The notes under the pieces were generated by a model, which worked only from the letters and a program-made list of their open reading frames with translations, had not been told where the DNA came from and ran no database searches. A program made the position numbers and the translations under genes. A stretch of DNA of 64,000 bases. Origin: Microcoleus sp. (GTDB lineage Bacteria > Cyanobacteriota > Cyanobacteriia > Cyanobacteriales > Microcoleaceae). The stretch's first letter is position 1; each line of letters begins with the position of its first letter. Shown piece by piece: positions 30,453-41,691 of this stretch. The stretch is taken from positions 160,001 through 224,000 of the forward strand of contig JAYFMW010000020.1 in the NCBI GenBank assembly GCA_042408215.1, given 5' to 3'.

Positions 30453-32628
30453 TCATTCGTGAGTAGAGCCATCTGGCATAATTGCACCGGTGAGTTTAGC
30501 ACTTTCCAAGTGAGCACCGCCTATTTTTGCATTTGTTAAGTTAGCGCCAGATAAGTCTGCACTCCTTAAATCTGCTGCGCGGAGGTCTGCTGAAATTAGG
30601 TCAGCACCACGCAGTTTTGCACGCATATAAATATGCTTGTCGCAAATCAGCTTCGGTTAAGTCTGCTGTAGTTAGATCGCACTTAGTAATCTTGCATCAT
30701 TCAAGTTAACCTGCCTCAAATTAGCTCCGCTCAAATTTGTGCGATCAAGGTTTGCTCCCTGAAGTTTGGCCCCACTCAAATTCGCATCTCTCAAATCGGA
30801 ATCATTCAATTGCGCTGAAATCAAATTAACACCTTGTAAATCGGCTCCCATCAAGTTAACACTGCTCAAGTCCCTACCACTTAGATCGGCATTTGGTAGC
30901 GATACATAAGGAGCAAGTAAATAAGCACCAGTTGTCACAGGATCGAAATCAGTAGGAAATAAAGTTGCTTGATTGCAAATCGCTCCTTGAAGCTGAATAC
31001 CCTTGAGATTTGCTCCATCAAGATTTGCTTCTAAAAGGTTAGTATTGCTCAGATTTGCATTCGTCAAATCAGCATTTATCATGTCTACTTTCCTCAAGTT
31101 TAGTCCGCTCAAGTTAGCTTGAATGAGGTTTGCACTGGTGAATTTTGTTCCTATGACTAAGTTTAGCACCGCTGAGGTTTGCACCGTTCAAATCGGCCTC
31201 ACTAAAATTTGCAGATTCTACGTTAGCTAATCTTAAGCTTGCTTTGCTTAATTTGGCTTTTTCTAGTTTAGCTGATTGTAAATTAGCCTGAGAAAGGTTG
31301 GCATTGACTAAGTTTGCTTGATTCAGATTGGCGCTGGATAAATTAGCCTGAGAAAGGTTGGCATTGGCTAAGTTTGCTTGATTCAGATTTGCGCTGGATA
31401 AATCAGCCTGAGAAAGGTTGGCATTGACCAAGTTTGCTTGATGCAGATTGGCACTGGATAAAGTAGCCTTAGAAAGGTTGACACCGCATAAATTCGCCTG
31501 ACTAAAATTTGTGCTATTAAAAATAGCATCTCTCATATCTGCTCCCTTCAAATTTGCCCCACTAAGATTTACACCTTGCCAATTAGCTTTATTCAAATTA
31601 GCTTTATTCAAATTAGCATTACTCAAATTAACACCAGAAGTTAGAGATATTCCGATCAAATCAGCACCAGCTAAATTAATCCCTGTAAAATCTCTTTCTC
31701 CCTCACTGTAACGCCGCAAAAACTCCTCAACACTAACCACAGGTTCCAGACATTCCTCAGACTCATCCTCCACATCCTCACAGCTATCCTCTAAAGCAAT
31801 ATCTTCAGCATCCGCCGCCAATCCTTCCAAATAATCCCCTCGATCCAAGTAATCCGAACTCGCGACAAACCGCCTTTCTATCTCCTCCTCATCTAATACT
31901 TCGCTGCTGTCGAATCGCTCAATTAATTGCTTGACAATTTGGCAATCATTGGTGCGGATTCCCACTTCTTTCTCGGCACTTTGGTCGCTATTCGTCAGCA
32001 AATTATGACTCCCCAACATGGCAAAACTGGAATCACAGACTAAAAAGTTTTCGTGAGTACCTAATAAATGGAGGCGAAATTGATCGGGATATTCACCTTC
32101 TAACTCTTGTAAATCTGGTAAAGCATTGTAGCGCCATCCTTTGCCGATATTTTGCCGATCGCCCAGATAACCCCAGCCAATATCTATCAAACATCCTCGG
32201 TTCAAACAATCTCTAAATTTTTGCAGCAATTCATCATTAATGCTGTTACAATTAAGCCAAGGGCAAACAATAATCAGCCGCTCTTGTGCTACTGATAGCG
32301 CCTCCATCAACACAGCGCGACTCTTAGGGCGATCGAATATTAACTGAGCCTGAACATCAATCTTTTCAGCCTGAGTATCAAGGTCAATCGGCGGCTCAGA
32401 AATAATTGATTTCTCGCCTATTTCTAAATTTAACCGCTGTTGAATTGTTGCAACTTGCTCCATCAAACTTTCTAGCAGTTGAGGTTCAGGGCGATCGTTA
32501 AATCGTTGCTCATTGGCTTCTAACTGCCGCTTAAGTTTGGCGATATATCTTTTCAGAACAACTTGGTTTTCTTCAAGCTGCAATACTCTCGCGGTTAAGG
32601 ATGATGAATCTAATTCTTCCTGTGACAT
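30453..32628 (-). pseudogene. PLD-like domain plus pentapeptide repeat protein, three frameshifts
   Basis: LIIVCPWL / HENFLVCD / GSHN PLD-like motifs; pentapeptide register continues across shifts near 31157, 30678 and 30625 to GAIMPDGSTHE-stop. Confidence 0.85.
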
Positions 32629-32755
32629 AATGCTACCCTAAAATTAACAACAAGTCAATAGTCATCGCAAGAATTGCCTGTCTTGAACAGGCAAGATGCC
32701 TGTTCCACAATAATTATTGGAGATGTCTAATAGTCATAAAGGCGATCGCCCAAAA

Positions 32756-33127
32756 TCAAACCTTAGCAACTTCCACCAACTCAACAGCACTAACAGAACT
32801 TGACTCTTCCCCTTCATCTTCTTGAGCAACCGCAACTGTTAACTTCAATCCCAGAGCATTCAGCCAATTAGCTAAAGCATAAATTGTCGCCATTCCATTA
32901 TGTGACATCAAAACATCTAATTTTTCCAAGTGCAATGAAGCCTCATCTGCTGACATATTTGGTTCCCCAAGAGCTTCAAATACATCTCTGAGCGCTTTTC
33001 GCATTATTCCTAATTCAAAATCACCTTCTTCTTCCTCAAATATCTCTGTGAGATAAGCCACCGCAAATAAGGGATCTTTGAGAGATTTAATTTTCAAGGG
33101 ATGGTAAGGTACACTTTCATTAGACAT
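32756..33127 (-). CDS. Addiction-module antidote (antitoxin) protein
   Basis: LKDP..AVAYL, ALRDV, LNALGLKLTV; overlaps the toxin stop. Confidence 0.75.
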   Translation of the reverse strand: MSNESVPYHPLKIKSLKDPLFAVAYLTEIFEEEEGDFELGIMRKALRDVFEALGEPNMSADEASLHLEKLDVLMSHNGMATIYALANWLNALGLKLTVAVAQEDEGEESSSVSAVELVEVAKV

Positions 33128-33458
33128 TTTTTCGGCTCCTATATTCTGTCCAATATTTCTTGGCTTTGCTAATATCTTGCTCTTGAGTGCTTTTATCTCC
33201 GCCACACAGCAGAAGCACTATAGTTGTTTCTACTTGTCCAAAATAGACGCGGTAGCCCGGCCCAAAGTCAATTTTAAATTCCCAGACTCCCTCTCCGAGC
33301 GATCGAGCATCTCCCAGATTACCCTCGCTAACCCGCTCAAGCCTTTTCACAATCTTGGCTTTACCCTTAAAGTCTCGGAGAGATTCCAACCACTCCGAAA
33401 AAGGAATTTTGCCATCCGGTATCTTGTACTGCTGAATGTCCCTTGGTTGTACTTCCAT
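33120..33458 (-). CDS. RelE/ParE-family addiction-module killer toxin
   Basis: PFSEWL..LRD, GNLGD, FGPGYRVYF, LLCGGDKSTQ. Confidence 0.9.
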   Translation of the reverse strand: MEVQPRDIQQYKIPDGKIPFSEWLESLRDFKGKAKIVKRLERVSEGNLGDARSLGEGVWEFKIDFGPGYRVYFGQVETTIVLLLCGGDKSTQEQDISKAKKYWTEYRSRKNV

Positions 33459-33675
33459 AAGTGCGATCGCAACTACTCGTAAATCATCATAAAGGCGATC
33501 GCACCCAATCAAACCTTAGCAACCTCCACCAACTCAACAGCACTAACAGCACCTTAACCCTTATTCTAGCGGCGATCGCCCTCGAATATTACAGTCACCC
33601 GATCGCCCCTTGACTTAATGCGCTACAATAGTTAAGAAATCTTTAGTTAAATCCGTTTAACGTCTCGGACGCATT

Positions 33676-35466
33676 ATGAGTCTTCCCATTCGCAACGTTG
33701 CTATCATTGCTCACGTCGATCACGGCAAAACCACCCTTGTGGACGCTCTCCTCAGACAGTCCGGGGTCTTCCGCGAAGGGGAAGAAATCCCAGATTGCGT
33801 CATGGACTCCAACGATATCGAGCGCGAGCGTGGCATCACAATTCTTTCCAAAAATACCGCAGTCCGATACAAAGAAACCCTGATCAACATCGTCGATACC
33901 CCCGGACACGCCGACTTCGGTGGTGAAGTAGAACGAGTTCTCGGCATGGTAGACGGTTGTTTGCTGATCGTAGACGCCAACGAAGGCCCGATGCCGCAAA
34001 CCCGGTTCGTGCTCAAAAAAGCCCTAGAAAAAGGACTGCGCCCGATCGTCTTCGTGAATAAGATCGATCGCGATCGAGCCGATCCTCACAAAGCAGTCGA
34101 TAAAGTTTTGGATCTGTTCCTCGAACTAGGAGCCGACGACGCTCAGTGTGAATTTCCCTATCTCTTCGGTTCCGGCTTAAGCGGTTACGCCAAAAAACAC
34201 CTCGAAGACGAAGGGGTAGATATGCAGCCCCTCTTTGAAGAAATCCTAGACCACGTACCACCCCCCGTAGGCGACCCCGAAAAGCCACTACAACTGCAAG
34301 TAACCACCTTAGATTACTCAGAATACGTCGGTCGCATCGTCATCGGCCGCATCCACAACGGCACAATTAGAGTCGGTCAACAAGCAGTTTTGATCACCGA
34401 AAGCGGCGCGCTTGTCAAATCAAAAATTAGTAAATTGATGGGCTTTGATGGCCTGAAGCGGATTGATATCGCAGAATCTTCTGCTGGTAATATTGTCGCC
34501 GTTGCCGGTTTTGCTGACGCCTATATTGGCGAGACAATTACTTGTCCCAACGACCCGCAAGCGCTACCTTTAATCAAGGTAGACGAACCGACTTTGCAGA
34601 TGACTTTCTCTGTGAACGACTCGCCATTCTGCGGTCAAGAAGGTAGTTTGGTAACATCGCGTCAAATTCGCGATCGCCTAATGCGAGAACTCCAAACCAA
34701 CGTCGCCTTGCGCGTCGAAGAAACCGAATCTCCCGACAAATTTCTCGTATCCGGCCGTGGCGAACTTCACCTCGGAATCCTGATCGAAAATATGCGTCGC
34801 GAAGGATACGAATTTCAAGTATCCCAGCCGCAAGTAATCTACCGCGAAATCGGCGGTCGTCCCTGCGAACCCTTTGAATGTTTGGTGTTAGACGTACCCG
34901 AAGAAGCAGTCGGCGGCTGCATCGAACGCCTCGGTCAGCGGAAAGCAGAAATGCAAGATATGCACGTCAGCAGCACCGGCCGCACCCAAATCGAATTTTC
35001 GGTCCCCGCTCGCGGTTTGATTGGATTCCGAGGCGAGTTTATGCGCTTGACTCGCGGCGCTGGAATTATGAACCACAGCTTCCTCGACTATCGCCCCCTC
35101 GGTGGAGAAATTGTCGCCCGTCGCAACGGAGTATTGATTTCCTTTGAAGAAGGAGTTGCAACTACTTATTCACTGAAAAATGCTGAAGACCGCGGCGTGT
35201 TTTTCATTACCCCCGGAACCAAGGTTTACAGAGGGATGATTATCGGAGAAAACAACCGAGATGATGACATGGAGCTGAATATCTGTAAGTCGAAGCAGTT
35301 GACAAACCACCGCGCATCTGGCGGTGAAGAATTGGCGCAATTGCAAGCGCCAGTCGATATGAGTTTGGAACGCGCTTTGGAGTACATCGGCCAGGATGAA
35401 TTGGTGGAAGTAACGCCAAAATCAATTCGCTTGCGGAAGGTGTCTAAGAAGTTAGTCAAACGGTAA
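33676..35466 (+). CDS. typA: Translational GTPase TypA/BipA
   Basis: [31 protein letters not shown]. Confidence 0.98.
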   Translation: MSLPIRNVAIIAHVDHGKTTLVDALLRQSGVFREGEEIPDCVMDSNDIERERGITILSKNTAVRYKETLINIVDTPGHADFGGEVERVLGMVDGCLLIVDANEGPMPQTRFVLKKALEKGLRPIVFVNKIDRDRADPHKAVDKVLDLFLELGADDAQCEFPYLFGSGLSGYAKKHLEDEGVDMQPLFEEILDHVPPPVGDPEKPLQLQVTTLDYSEYVGRIVIGRIHNGTIRVGQQAVLITESGALVKSKISKLMGFDGLKRIDIAESSAGNIVAVAGFADAYIGETITCPNDPQALPLIKVDEPTLQMTFSVNDSPFCGQEGSLVTSRQIRDRLMRELQTNVALRVEETESPDKFLVSGRGELHLGILIENMRREGYEFQVSQPQVIYREIGGRPCEPFECLVLDVPEEAVGGCIERLGQRKAEMQDMHVSSTGRTQIEFSVPARGLIGFRGEFMRLTRGAGIMNHSFLDYRPLGGEIVARRNGVLISFEEGVATTYSLKNAEDRGVFFITPGTKVYRGMIIGENNRDDDMELNICKSKQLTNHRASGGEELAQLQAPVDMSLERALEYIGQDELVEVTPKSIRLRKVSKKLVKR

Positions 35467-35475
35467 AACAATTTG

Positions 35476-35499
35476 AGGGCTGGCCAAATTGCCAGCCCT
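35476..35499 (+). terminator. Hairpin after typA
   Basis: AGGGCTGGC-caaatt-GCCAGCCCT. Confidence 0.6.
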
Positions 35500-35635
35500 T
35501 GCTGTCAACTTCAGACTGTTTAACACTTTGTTAAGGTCTATTGTTTTAATCAGTGCTTTACTGTTTAAGACCTCAGTCCCATTTCAAGCGATCGAGTTGG
35601 CAGAAAAACAAGGGATATTTTTAGAGGATATTTAA

Positions 35636-36160
35636 ATGGCTATTCAAACATCCATTGCTAATCAGAAGCCAAATATCGAGCAAATTATTTCAGTCATTAC
35701 TAAACCGATCATCGGAGAAATTTGTCATCAGGTTATATTTAGTTATGGGGATGAATTACGGCTAGATTTCGGTGAGATGTCTGCCTATACTCACCCAAAA
35801 TTAGCACATCTATGCAAAGGTAGTTGGCAATTTGGCACAAGGGCAACACCTTGGGTTTTCAAGCAAGGCGATCGCATTTTAACTTCTTCCTTGCCAGTAG
35901 ATATAGATGAGGTAGAAATAGATGCTGTCAAAAAAGTTTTGCAGCAATTGGAAAATAAAGAATTGATTGATTTTGCGATTTATGCTCATAATATTAGTCT
36001 CACTCTAGTTTTTGAGGGTGATTACCAACTAATTTTACAGCCAGATTTGCAAGATGATTCTGGACTTCCCTATTGGGAATTGTTCATGCCAACAGAACAA
36101 GTTTTGACGGTTGGGCCTGGATTTTTTTGGGAATGTAAATCAATTCACGAACGTGATTGA
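35636..36160 (+). CDS. Hypothetical protein
   Basis: GAGG RBS; 174-aa ORF. Confidence 0.65.
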   Translation: MAIQTSIANQKPNIEQIISVITKPIIGEICHQVIFSYGDELRLDFGEMSAYTHPKLAHLCKGSWQFGTRATPWVFKQGDRILTSSLPVDIDEVEIDAVKKVLQQLENKELIDFAIYAHNISLTLVFEGDYQLILQPDLQDDSGLPYWELFMPTEQVLTVGPGFFWECKSIHERD

Positions 36161-36176
36161 TATTAAATTAAATTGA

Positions 36177-36443
36177 TTAGGGAAAGTATCTATAAATCTC
36201 TTTTCGGTGCAGTATCCTAACGAAAGAGACTATGCCATCATTAACTTTAATACCGATTCGGTAATCTCCCACTCTAATTCGATAGTAGTCTCCATCACCT
36301 TTAAGTTTTTTAAGATTGCTGACTTCATTTAATTTTTCAGCATTCTCAACTTGTTCGATAGCTTCCTGAATTCTTTGAAATAAGTCTGCATCAAGAATCT
36401 TCAGCAAATCCTTTTCAAAACTCTTTCTAAATTCAATATTCAT
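36177..36443 (-). CDS. RelE/ParE-family toxin
   Basis: F.KSFEKDL..., KKLKG...YRIRVGDYRIG, HRKEIYR. Confidence 0.9.
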   Translation of the reverse strand: MNIEFRKSFEKDLLKILDADLFQRIQEAIEQVENAEKLNEVSNLKKLKGDGDYYRIRVGDYRIGIKVNDGIVSFVRILHRKEIYRYFP

Positions 36444-36685
36444 GGTTGTTGTTTGAGAATTTGGAAGATTCGATCGCGACTGACTGTTTCAGTATTTTCG
36501 CCTTCTTTAATAGCATTTTCCATTCCTATATCTTCTAGGGCTTCTGTAAAAACAGTTAATTTACTGTTTAATACTTCTTTTTCCAGTTCTTGACATAACT
36601 GCAATTTTTCTGGATAGGGCAGTTGTTTGACTAGGGCTAAAATTTGTTCAAAGTTTAGGGAAAGTTGATAGTTAGCTAGAGTCAT
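36440..36685 (-). CDS. Putative antitoxin
   Basis: ATGA overlap with the toxin; EALEDIGM..AIKEG C-terminus. Confidence 0.75.
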   Translation of the reverse strand: MTLANYQLSLNFEQILALVKQLPYPEKLQLCQELEKEVLNSKLTVFTEALEDIGMENAIKEGENTETVSRDRIFQILKQQP

Positions 36686-36738
36686 TGTTCGTTATGTTGA
36701 GGGGTTGTTTATATTTTATCTCAAATCGCGGGAGGCCA

Positions 36739-36802
36739 GAAACCGGGTTTTTTCCAGAATACTTCGCCACACCTCCCAGAAACTGCGAAAAACCCGGTTT
36801 CT
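36739..36802. repeat. REP-like inverted repeat AGAAACCGGGTTTTT...AAAAACCCGGTTTCT
   Basis: Same family near 24694, 41865-41929 and 62135-62198. Confidence 0.85.
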
Positions 36803-36806
36803 TTGG

Positions 36807-37019
36807 TTAGTGTGAAGCAACAAGAGCTTGTTGGACGGGTTCTGAGAGTTCAATTGGCATAAAATAACGACTTGGGTATAAGTAATCTTCTCCCGATTCA
36901 TCAATGACGCGAATCATTTGATGAGAATTGGCTTGAGTGTCTGGCAAAACCTGATAAATTTTGCGGACTTCTAAAGAAGCTGAATAGTCTTGGTTATTGA
37001 TGCAAACAACAAATTTCAT
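36807..37019 (-). CDS. Small conserved hypothetical protein
   Basis: CINN.DY.ASLE.RKIY...RVIDESGEDYLYP. Confidence 0.7.
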   Translation of the reverse strand: MKFVVCINNQDYSASLEVRKIYQVLPDTQANSHQMIRVIDESGEDYLYPSRYFMPIELSEPVQQALVASH

Positions 37020-37279
37020 AACCTTGACTCCAAAATATATTACTGAAAACCCTTTAAAAATATCGCTTTTACCTAAGTCTCGATCCCCCTAAATCCCCCT
37101 TAAGAAGGGGGACTTTGATCGGGATCTTGTCCCCCCCTTAAGAAGGGGGGCTAGGGGGGATCGAGGCTTAATCGTCCGACAGCAGACTGATACTAAGTTT
37201 GACGTGTTTGTTGACGCCAATAGGCATTGCCGTGTCCTCAGTTGCTGACAGTCAACAGTCAACTCCCGACTATCATAAC

Positions 37280-40200
37280 TCAGGACTCTAAATGAACTCT
37301 TTTGAGCCAATTTACGACAGATTGCAGTAAATCGGGGTCATGGGGCGAGAACGTTTGCAGGGGTGGGTGAGGTGAGTCGGTGATGAGACAAATTGTACCG
37401 TCGAAGCGGGTAAGGGCATCGAGGAAAGTAGGGCTCAAACCTTGGGCGGCGGGGGATGTGGGGTCTTGGTAGAAGATGAGGATGAGGTGTTTGTCGCTGT
37501 CGCGGCGGAGTCGATTCCAGTAGAATTTGAGTTGGGCGAGGGTTTCGGGTGCGCGGTTGGGATGTTGGGGACAGTTTTGGTCGAGGAATTGTCCGTAGAT
37601 GTCGAGGGCGGGGTTATGGGAGTCGATGAATTTGCTGGTGTCGATGCAAATTAGCTGTAGGGATTCGATTAATTGTGTTTCTGCAAGTCTGGCATCAAGG
37701 ATTTTGGGTAAGTCTGCTAAATTGAGGCTTTGGGTGAAGGGGGTAGAACCGACTCCTGTTGTTTCTGGGACTTCTGGATGGGGTGTGGTGAGTTGATGGT
37801 GCCATGCTTGATAGAAAATTGGGTAAGGCAGATTTTGGGCGCAGTTCCAGAGGATATCATATAAAGTCTGATAAGAATAATTAGTCTGCAAAAAATCCTT
37901 ATATGAATATTTATTTAATAATAATCCTAGTATTTTGATGGAAATTTGACTGTGAGATTCTTGAGCAATAATTGTTTTTAAATCATCGTTCATAATTCTG
38001 TACGAAACAAAATCAGACTTATTATTTAGAATCATATAAGTAAGCATATCAATATAATCATCAGTATTTTTACGGTCAATTTTGTATAAATTAAGATATA
38101 TACTTCTCAAGCAATTTTTATCTTCTATCGAACCATCTAGTTTATTTAATAAACATTCTTTTGCTCGTTCATTATTTTTAGATATGTGACCCAACACATA
38201 AGCACAACTTCTCCATAAATCTTCATCCTGGATGGACTCAATAGTCGTTATTAAATAATTTATAACTTCTTCATTATTTATTGCTATTTGGCTCAATATT
38301 TCAGCAGACCTTCGACGAATTCGCAGATTATTATTATGAGGTTTTAAAATTTGCTCAAGTAAATTCATCAGGAATGGGTGAGTGTTTAGATTTGCTTTGA
38401 TAACAATGAAAACATCTGCAATTATATCTCGTGTATCTTCATCTTTAGTATTAATAAATATCTCTAATAAAAGCTCTATAACCTCCGAAGCTATGTTTTT
38501 AGTAATTCGCATAATTTGAATCAGGTTGGTCGCAGTCTTTTTACGCACGTCTTTATTAATTTGTATTAACAAAATCAAAGCAGTTATTGCTGTTGAATTA
38601 CTAGGATCAATCTTACATAAACTGTAGGCAGATTTTCTCCGAATATCTTCATTCGGAGATTTTATTAGTGAACTCAATACTATTATTGACTTTTCTTTAT
38701 TAATATTCATTTCTCCCAAAATGTAAGCTGCCTTTCTGCAGATGTCTTCGTCAGTAGATGTGAGCATTGAATATAATAATTGAATAGCGGTTTCATTATT
38801 TCGATCGATTTGAAGCAAGCTAAAAGCAAAGCTACAAATCAACATTTCATTAGTGGTATTATTTAAAGAATTAAAAATTTTGTTTTTCAATAGGTTATTG
38901 AATTCACTATTTCGACTGTAAATTCCTATAAATGCCACAGCATAGGCCCAACTATAATTAGGGCTGGAATACATTAAATCAATCAAATCAAATAGCGTTT
39001 CTGGACTATTTATGCTAATTTTCTGTAAAGTATCTAATGTCGAAAATAAGATTTCACTTTCTTGGGTTGCATTAATTAATTTAATTCTTTCAATCAAGAA
39101 ATTAATAGCTAATTGATTGCTGACTCCAATTATTTCTAAAATATTTAAGGTTTTTCTGTACGTTTCAATAGAATCATGCTCTTCAAAAAACTTAATAATG
39201 TAAGTAACAGAATCAACTATGTCAGTATTCTTAATTGTTTCTATAATTGAATCAGAGAAATAAGATTTTAAATTATTTTTGAAATAAATGGCAATCAATA
39301 CTTCTACGGTTTTGCTAGATATAAAACGTTTTTTAAATTCAAAAATTCCAAGTGCAATTAGAAAAAATGCACGATATTTATAAAGATATAAATCATCTCC
39401 ACACCCATCTTGAAACTCTACCAACGCTTTAATAAACTCCTCCTTATCCTCCTTCCCTACACCCTCCCGCCCCAACCACAGCAAAATCACCTGCTTCCAC
39501 TGCGCTTCAAAAATCCGATATTCCTTCCCCACCACCGGAAAATTAACATGATTTCGAGGTAAAAAATAATCCCAATCATCCACCGCCAACGCCGCAAAAT
39601 ACTCCTGAAACGTCGCATGATAAAACGCATAAACAGATTCTTCAGGTTCATCAAAATCGATGCCTACCCGATTCAACCATCCTAGAGATAACGCCAATGA
39701 TAATAAAGATGTTTCATCGCTGCGTTCTCCTAAATACTCACTAACTAACCGATAGGACAAGCGAAAACGACTCGATTTTCCATCAATAGCGGCTTTTGCT
39801 AATTCTCCTAACCCTTCATGTAAGAGTTTCTGACACTCAATCTGAGTTTTTCCGCATAGCTTTTCGTAGGTTTTGATAAACTGCTCTTTCCAGCGATAGA
39901 TATACTTAATAAAACTTGCATATAATTTTGCCTGAGTATCCGGTAAAGTTCCCTGTCTCGAACTCCAAATTTGACACAACATCCACAACCGCAACGGATT
40001 TTGTATCAACTCCTTCAGACGGGAATTCTCAGATTCTGCTAACGCCAACTCCAAACTTTCCCCCGTCGCAGCATCTCTCATCCCCGCAAACCAACGGCGA
40101 ATATACTCCGTCACCTGTTCCGGGTTAAACTGCAAATTGCGAAACACATCAAACCCCGAAAAAGCATTCTGATCCGCCTCCCAAACATTCACCCGACAAG

Positions 40201-41275
40201 TCACCACCACCCGCGCCGCCTGCACCCATGTCCTTAATAAATCTTTCCCCAACTGCTGCATTCCTTGAGTGTGCGTCATTTCATCCACACCATCCAGCAA
40301 CAGCCAAACCCGACTCATTTGCGCTTCTAAATCACCGCGCGTCACTTCTCCCCGACACCGAGACAACCACACTTTTTCCAAATACTCACAGATACTTTGC
40401 GCGCCTAATTCAGCTAAATCTATCCAAATCGGCAACCCCAATTCTTGCTCTAAAATCCAATCAGCAATCTTCTGCAACCGCGTGGTTTTCCCCGCACCCG
40501 GTTCGCCAATAATCGCAATTTTGCGCCCTTGACTAATGTCGCTTTTCCCTTGTCGCAACACATCCTCAAAAAAGCGTTCTTCAGCAATGGGAATCAGTTT
40601 TTCTGTTTCCTTTTCCTTTTCTTCTGGCTGATTCCTTGGCTGAGGTTTGGGTTTTTGGCGTTCGACAATGGCTAAGGGAACATAAACGCCATCCAGTTGC
40701 GGTGTCATCCCGTTGGCGTTGGTGAAGGGGTTGGTGGTGAGTTGCTTTTGTTGGGCGAGGTTTTGGCGGCAGATTTCTTGCCAGTTTATAGTTTCTTCTT
40801 TAGGTTTAGGAGTTTTTCCAGCAACCGTTTCCCGCAGAGTTTCTTCCTGTTTCTTGGATTTTTCAGGCCGCAGGCTTTCCCATTTAATTTCAAATTGTTC
40901 TAAATTCTTTTGTTTGTCTTTTTTACTCCACAGTGTCAGAGTAAAGTGCCACTCGTCATCTCCCTGTGTTTCAAGGCGATGATCTTCGAGGATTTCCAAA
41001 AAGTCCTTTAAATGCTGATTAAGTGCCTGTCTAATCTCGGTTGTAGTTAATTTCCCTTCATGCTTGTCTTTTGCCGTGAGAAATTCCAGGGTTCTCAGTT
41101 CCGTTTTAATCACCAATTTTGGTTTGTCGGTAGTTTCATCCTTCCACTTATGATTTAGGGAGATTCCACCAACGTCTTCTAATTCCCAATTGACATAATC
41201 CAACAATGCCTCTAATAAGCGCTTGGCACGTTCTTTAACAGTAGGCCCATAGGTGACTTTCTTTTTGCTTGGCAT
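37280..41275 (-). CDS. NACHT NTPase with HEAT-like repeats and a C-terminal alpha/beta domain
   Basis: Walker A GEPGAGKTT, Walker B LLLDGVDE, NPLRL, FYHATFQEYFAA, repeated R.KAA..L helical units. Confidence 0.88.
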   Translation of the reverse strand: MPSKKKVTYGPTVKERAKRLLEALLDYVNWELEDVGGISLNHKWKDETTDKPKLVIKTELRTLEFLTAKDKHEGKLTTTEIRQALNQHLKDFLEILEDHRLETQGDDEWHFTLTLWSKKDKQKNLEQFEIKWESLRPEKSKKQEETLRETVAGKTPKPKEETINWQEICRQNLAQQKQLTTNPFTNANGMTPQLDGVYVPLAIVERQKPKPQPRNQPEEKEKETEKLIPIAEERFFEDVLRQGKSDISQGRKIAIIGEPGAGKTTRLQKIADWILEQELGLPIWIDLAELGAQSICEYLEKVWLSRCRGEVTRGDLEAQMSRVWLLLDGVDEMTHTQGMQQLGKDLLRTWVQAARVVVTCRVNVWEADQNAFSGFDVFRNLQFNPEQVTEYIRRWFAGMRDAATGESLELALAESENSRLKELIQNPLRLWMLCQIWSSRQGTLPDTQAKLYASFIKYIYRWKEQFIKTYEKLCGKTQIECQKLLHEGLGELAKAAIDGKSSRFRLSYRLVSEYLGERSDETSLLSLALSLGWLNRVGIDFDEPEESVYAFYHATFQEYFAALAVDDWDYFLPRNHVNFPVVGKEYRIFEAQWKQVILLWLGREGVGKEDKEEFIKALVEFQDGCGDDLYLYKYRAFFLIALGIFEFKKRFISSKTVEVLIAIYFKNNLKSYFSDSIIETIKNTDIVDSVTYIIKFFEEHDSIETYRKTLNILEIIGVSNQLAINFLIERIKLINATQESEILFSTLDTLQKISINSPETLFDLIDLMYSSPNYSWAYAVAFIGIYSRNSEFNNLLKNKIFNSLNNTTNEMLICSFAFSLLQIDRNNETAIQLLYSMLTSTDEDICRKAAYILGEMNINKEKSIIVLSSLIKSPNEDIRRKSAYSLCKIDPSNSTAITALILLIQINKDVRKKTATNLIQIMRITKNIASEVIELLLEIFINTKDEDTRDIIADVFIVIKANLNTHPFLMNLLEQILKPHNNNLRIRRRSAEILSQIAINNEEVINYLITTIESIQDEDLWRSCAYVLGHISKNNERAKECLLNKLDGSIEDKNCLRSIYLNLYKIDRKNTDDYIDMLTYMILNNKSDFVSYRIMNDDLKTIIAQESHSQISIKILGLLLNKYSYKDFLQTNYSYQTLYDILWNCAQNLPYPIFYQAWHHQLTTPHPEVPETTGVGSTPFTQSLNLADLPKILDARLAETQLIESLQLICIDTSKFIDSHNPALDIYGQFLDQNCPQHPNRAPETLAQLKFYWNRLRRDSDKHLILIFYQDPTSPAAQGLSPTFLDALTRFDGTICLITDSPHPPLQTFSPHDPDLLQSVVNWLKRVHLES

Positions 41276-41456
41276 GGGTTCGAGGGAGGGAAATTGCAAA
41301 AGAACTTTGGGGGGGCTGCAATCTTGACGACGTACCCCAAACCACTCTAACCCATATTATATCACGTTTCTAGCCGATCGTACCTGGGGGGTTGCTTTGC
41401 TCTCCTACCCCAAACCGATGATGCCTTCATACGGTTGAAATGAAGGCAGGTTAAGG

Positions 41457-41672
41457 ATGGCTACTCAAGAAGACAGAATCAAACAACGCGAAGCATTAGA
41501 AGATGCTCATGGTAATTTTGTTGAGCCATATATTAATCAATTGATTGAAGTCAACGCCCAGTCTTTACCCAATATTGATGTTGCGCTTCCTGGGTTTTGC
41601 TATGTGTCGGGATGGTTGGTGTTGGTTATATTTTATGGTTTTTGGATGCGCTATCGAATGTCATTAGAATAG
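41457..41672 (+). CDS. Small protein with a C-terminal TM helix
   Basis: ATG ORF divergent from the NACHT gene; hydrophobic C-terminus. Confidence 0.45.
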   Translation: MATQEDRIKQREALEDAHGNFVEPYINQLIEVNAQSLPNIDVALPGFCYVSGWLVLVIFYGFWMRYRMSLE

Positions 41673-41691
41673 TAAATCGGGGGTATTTATG

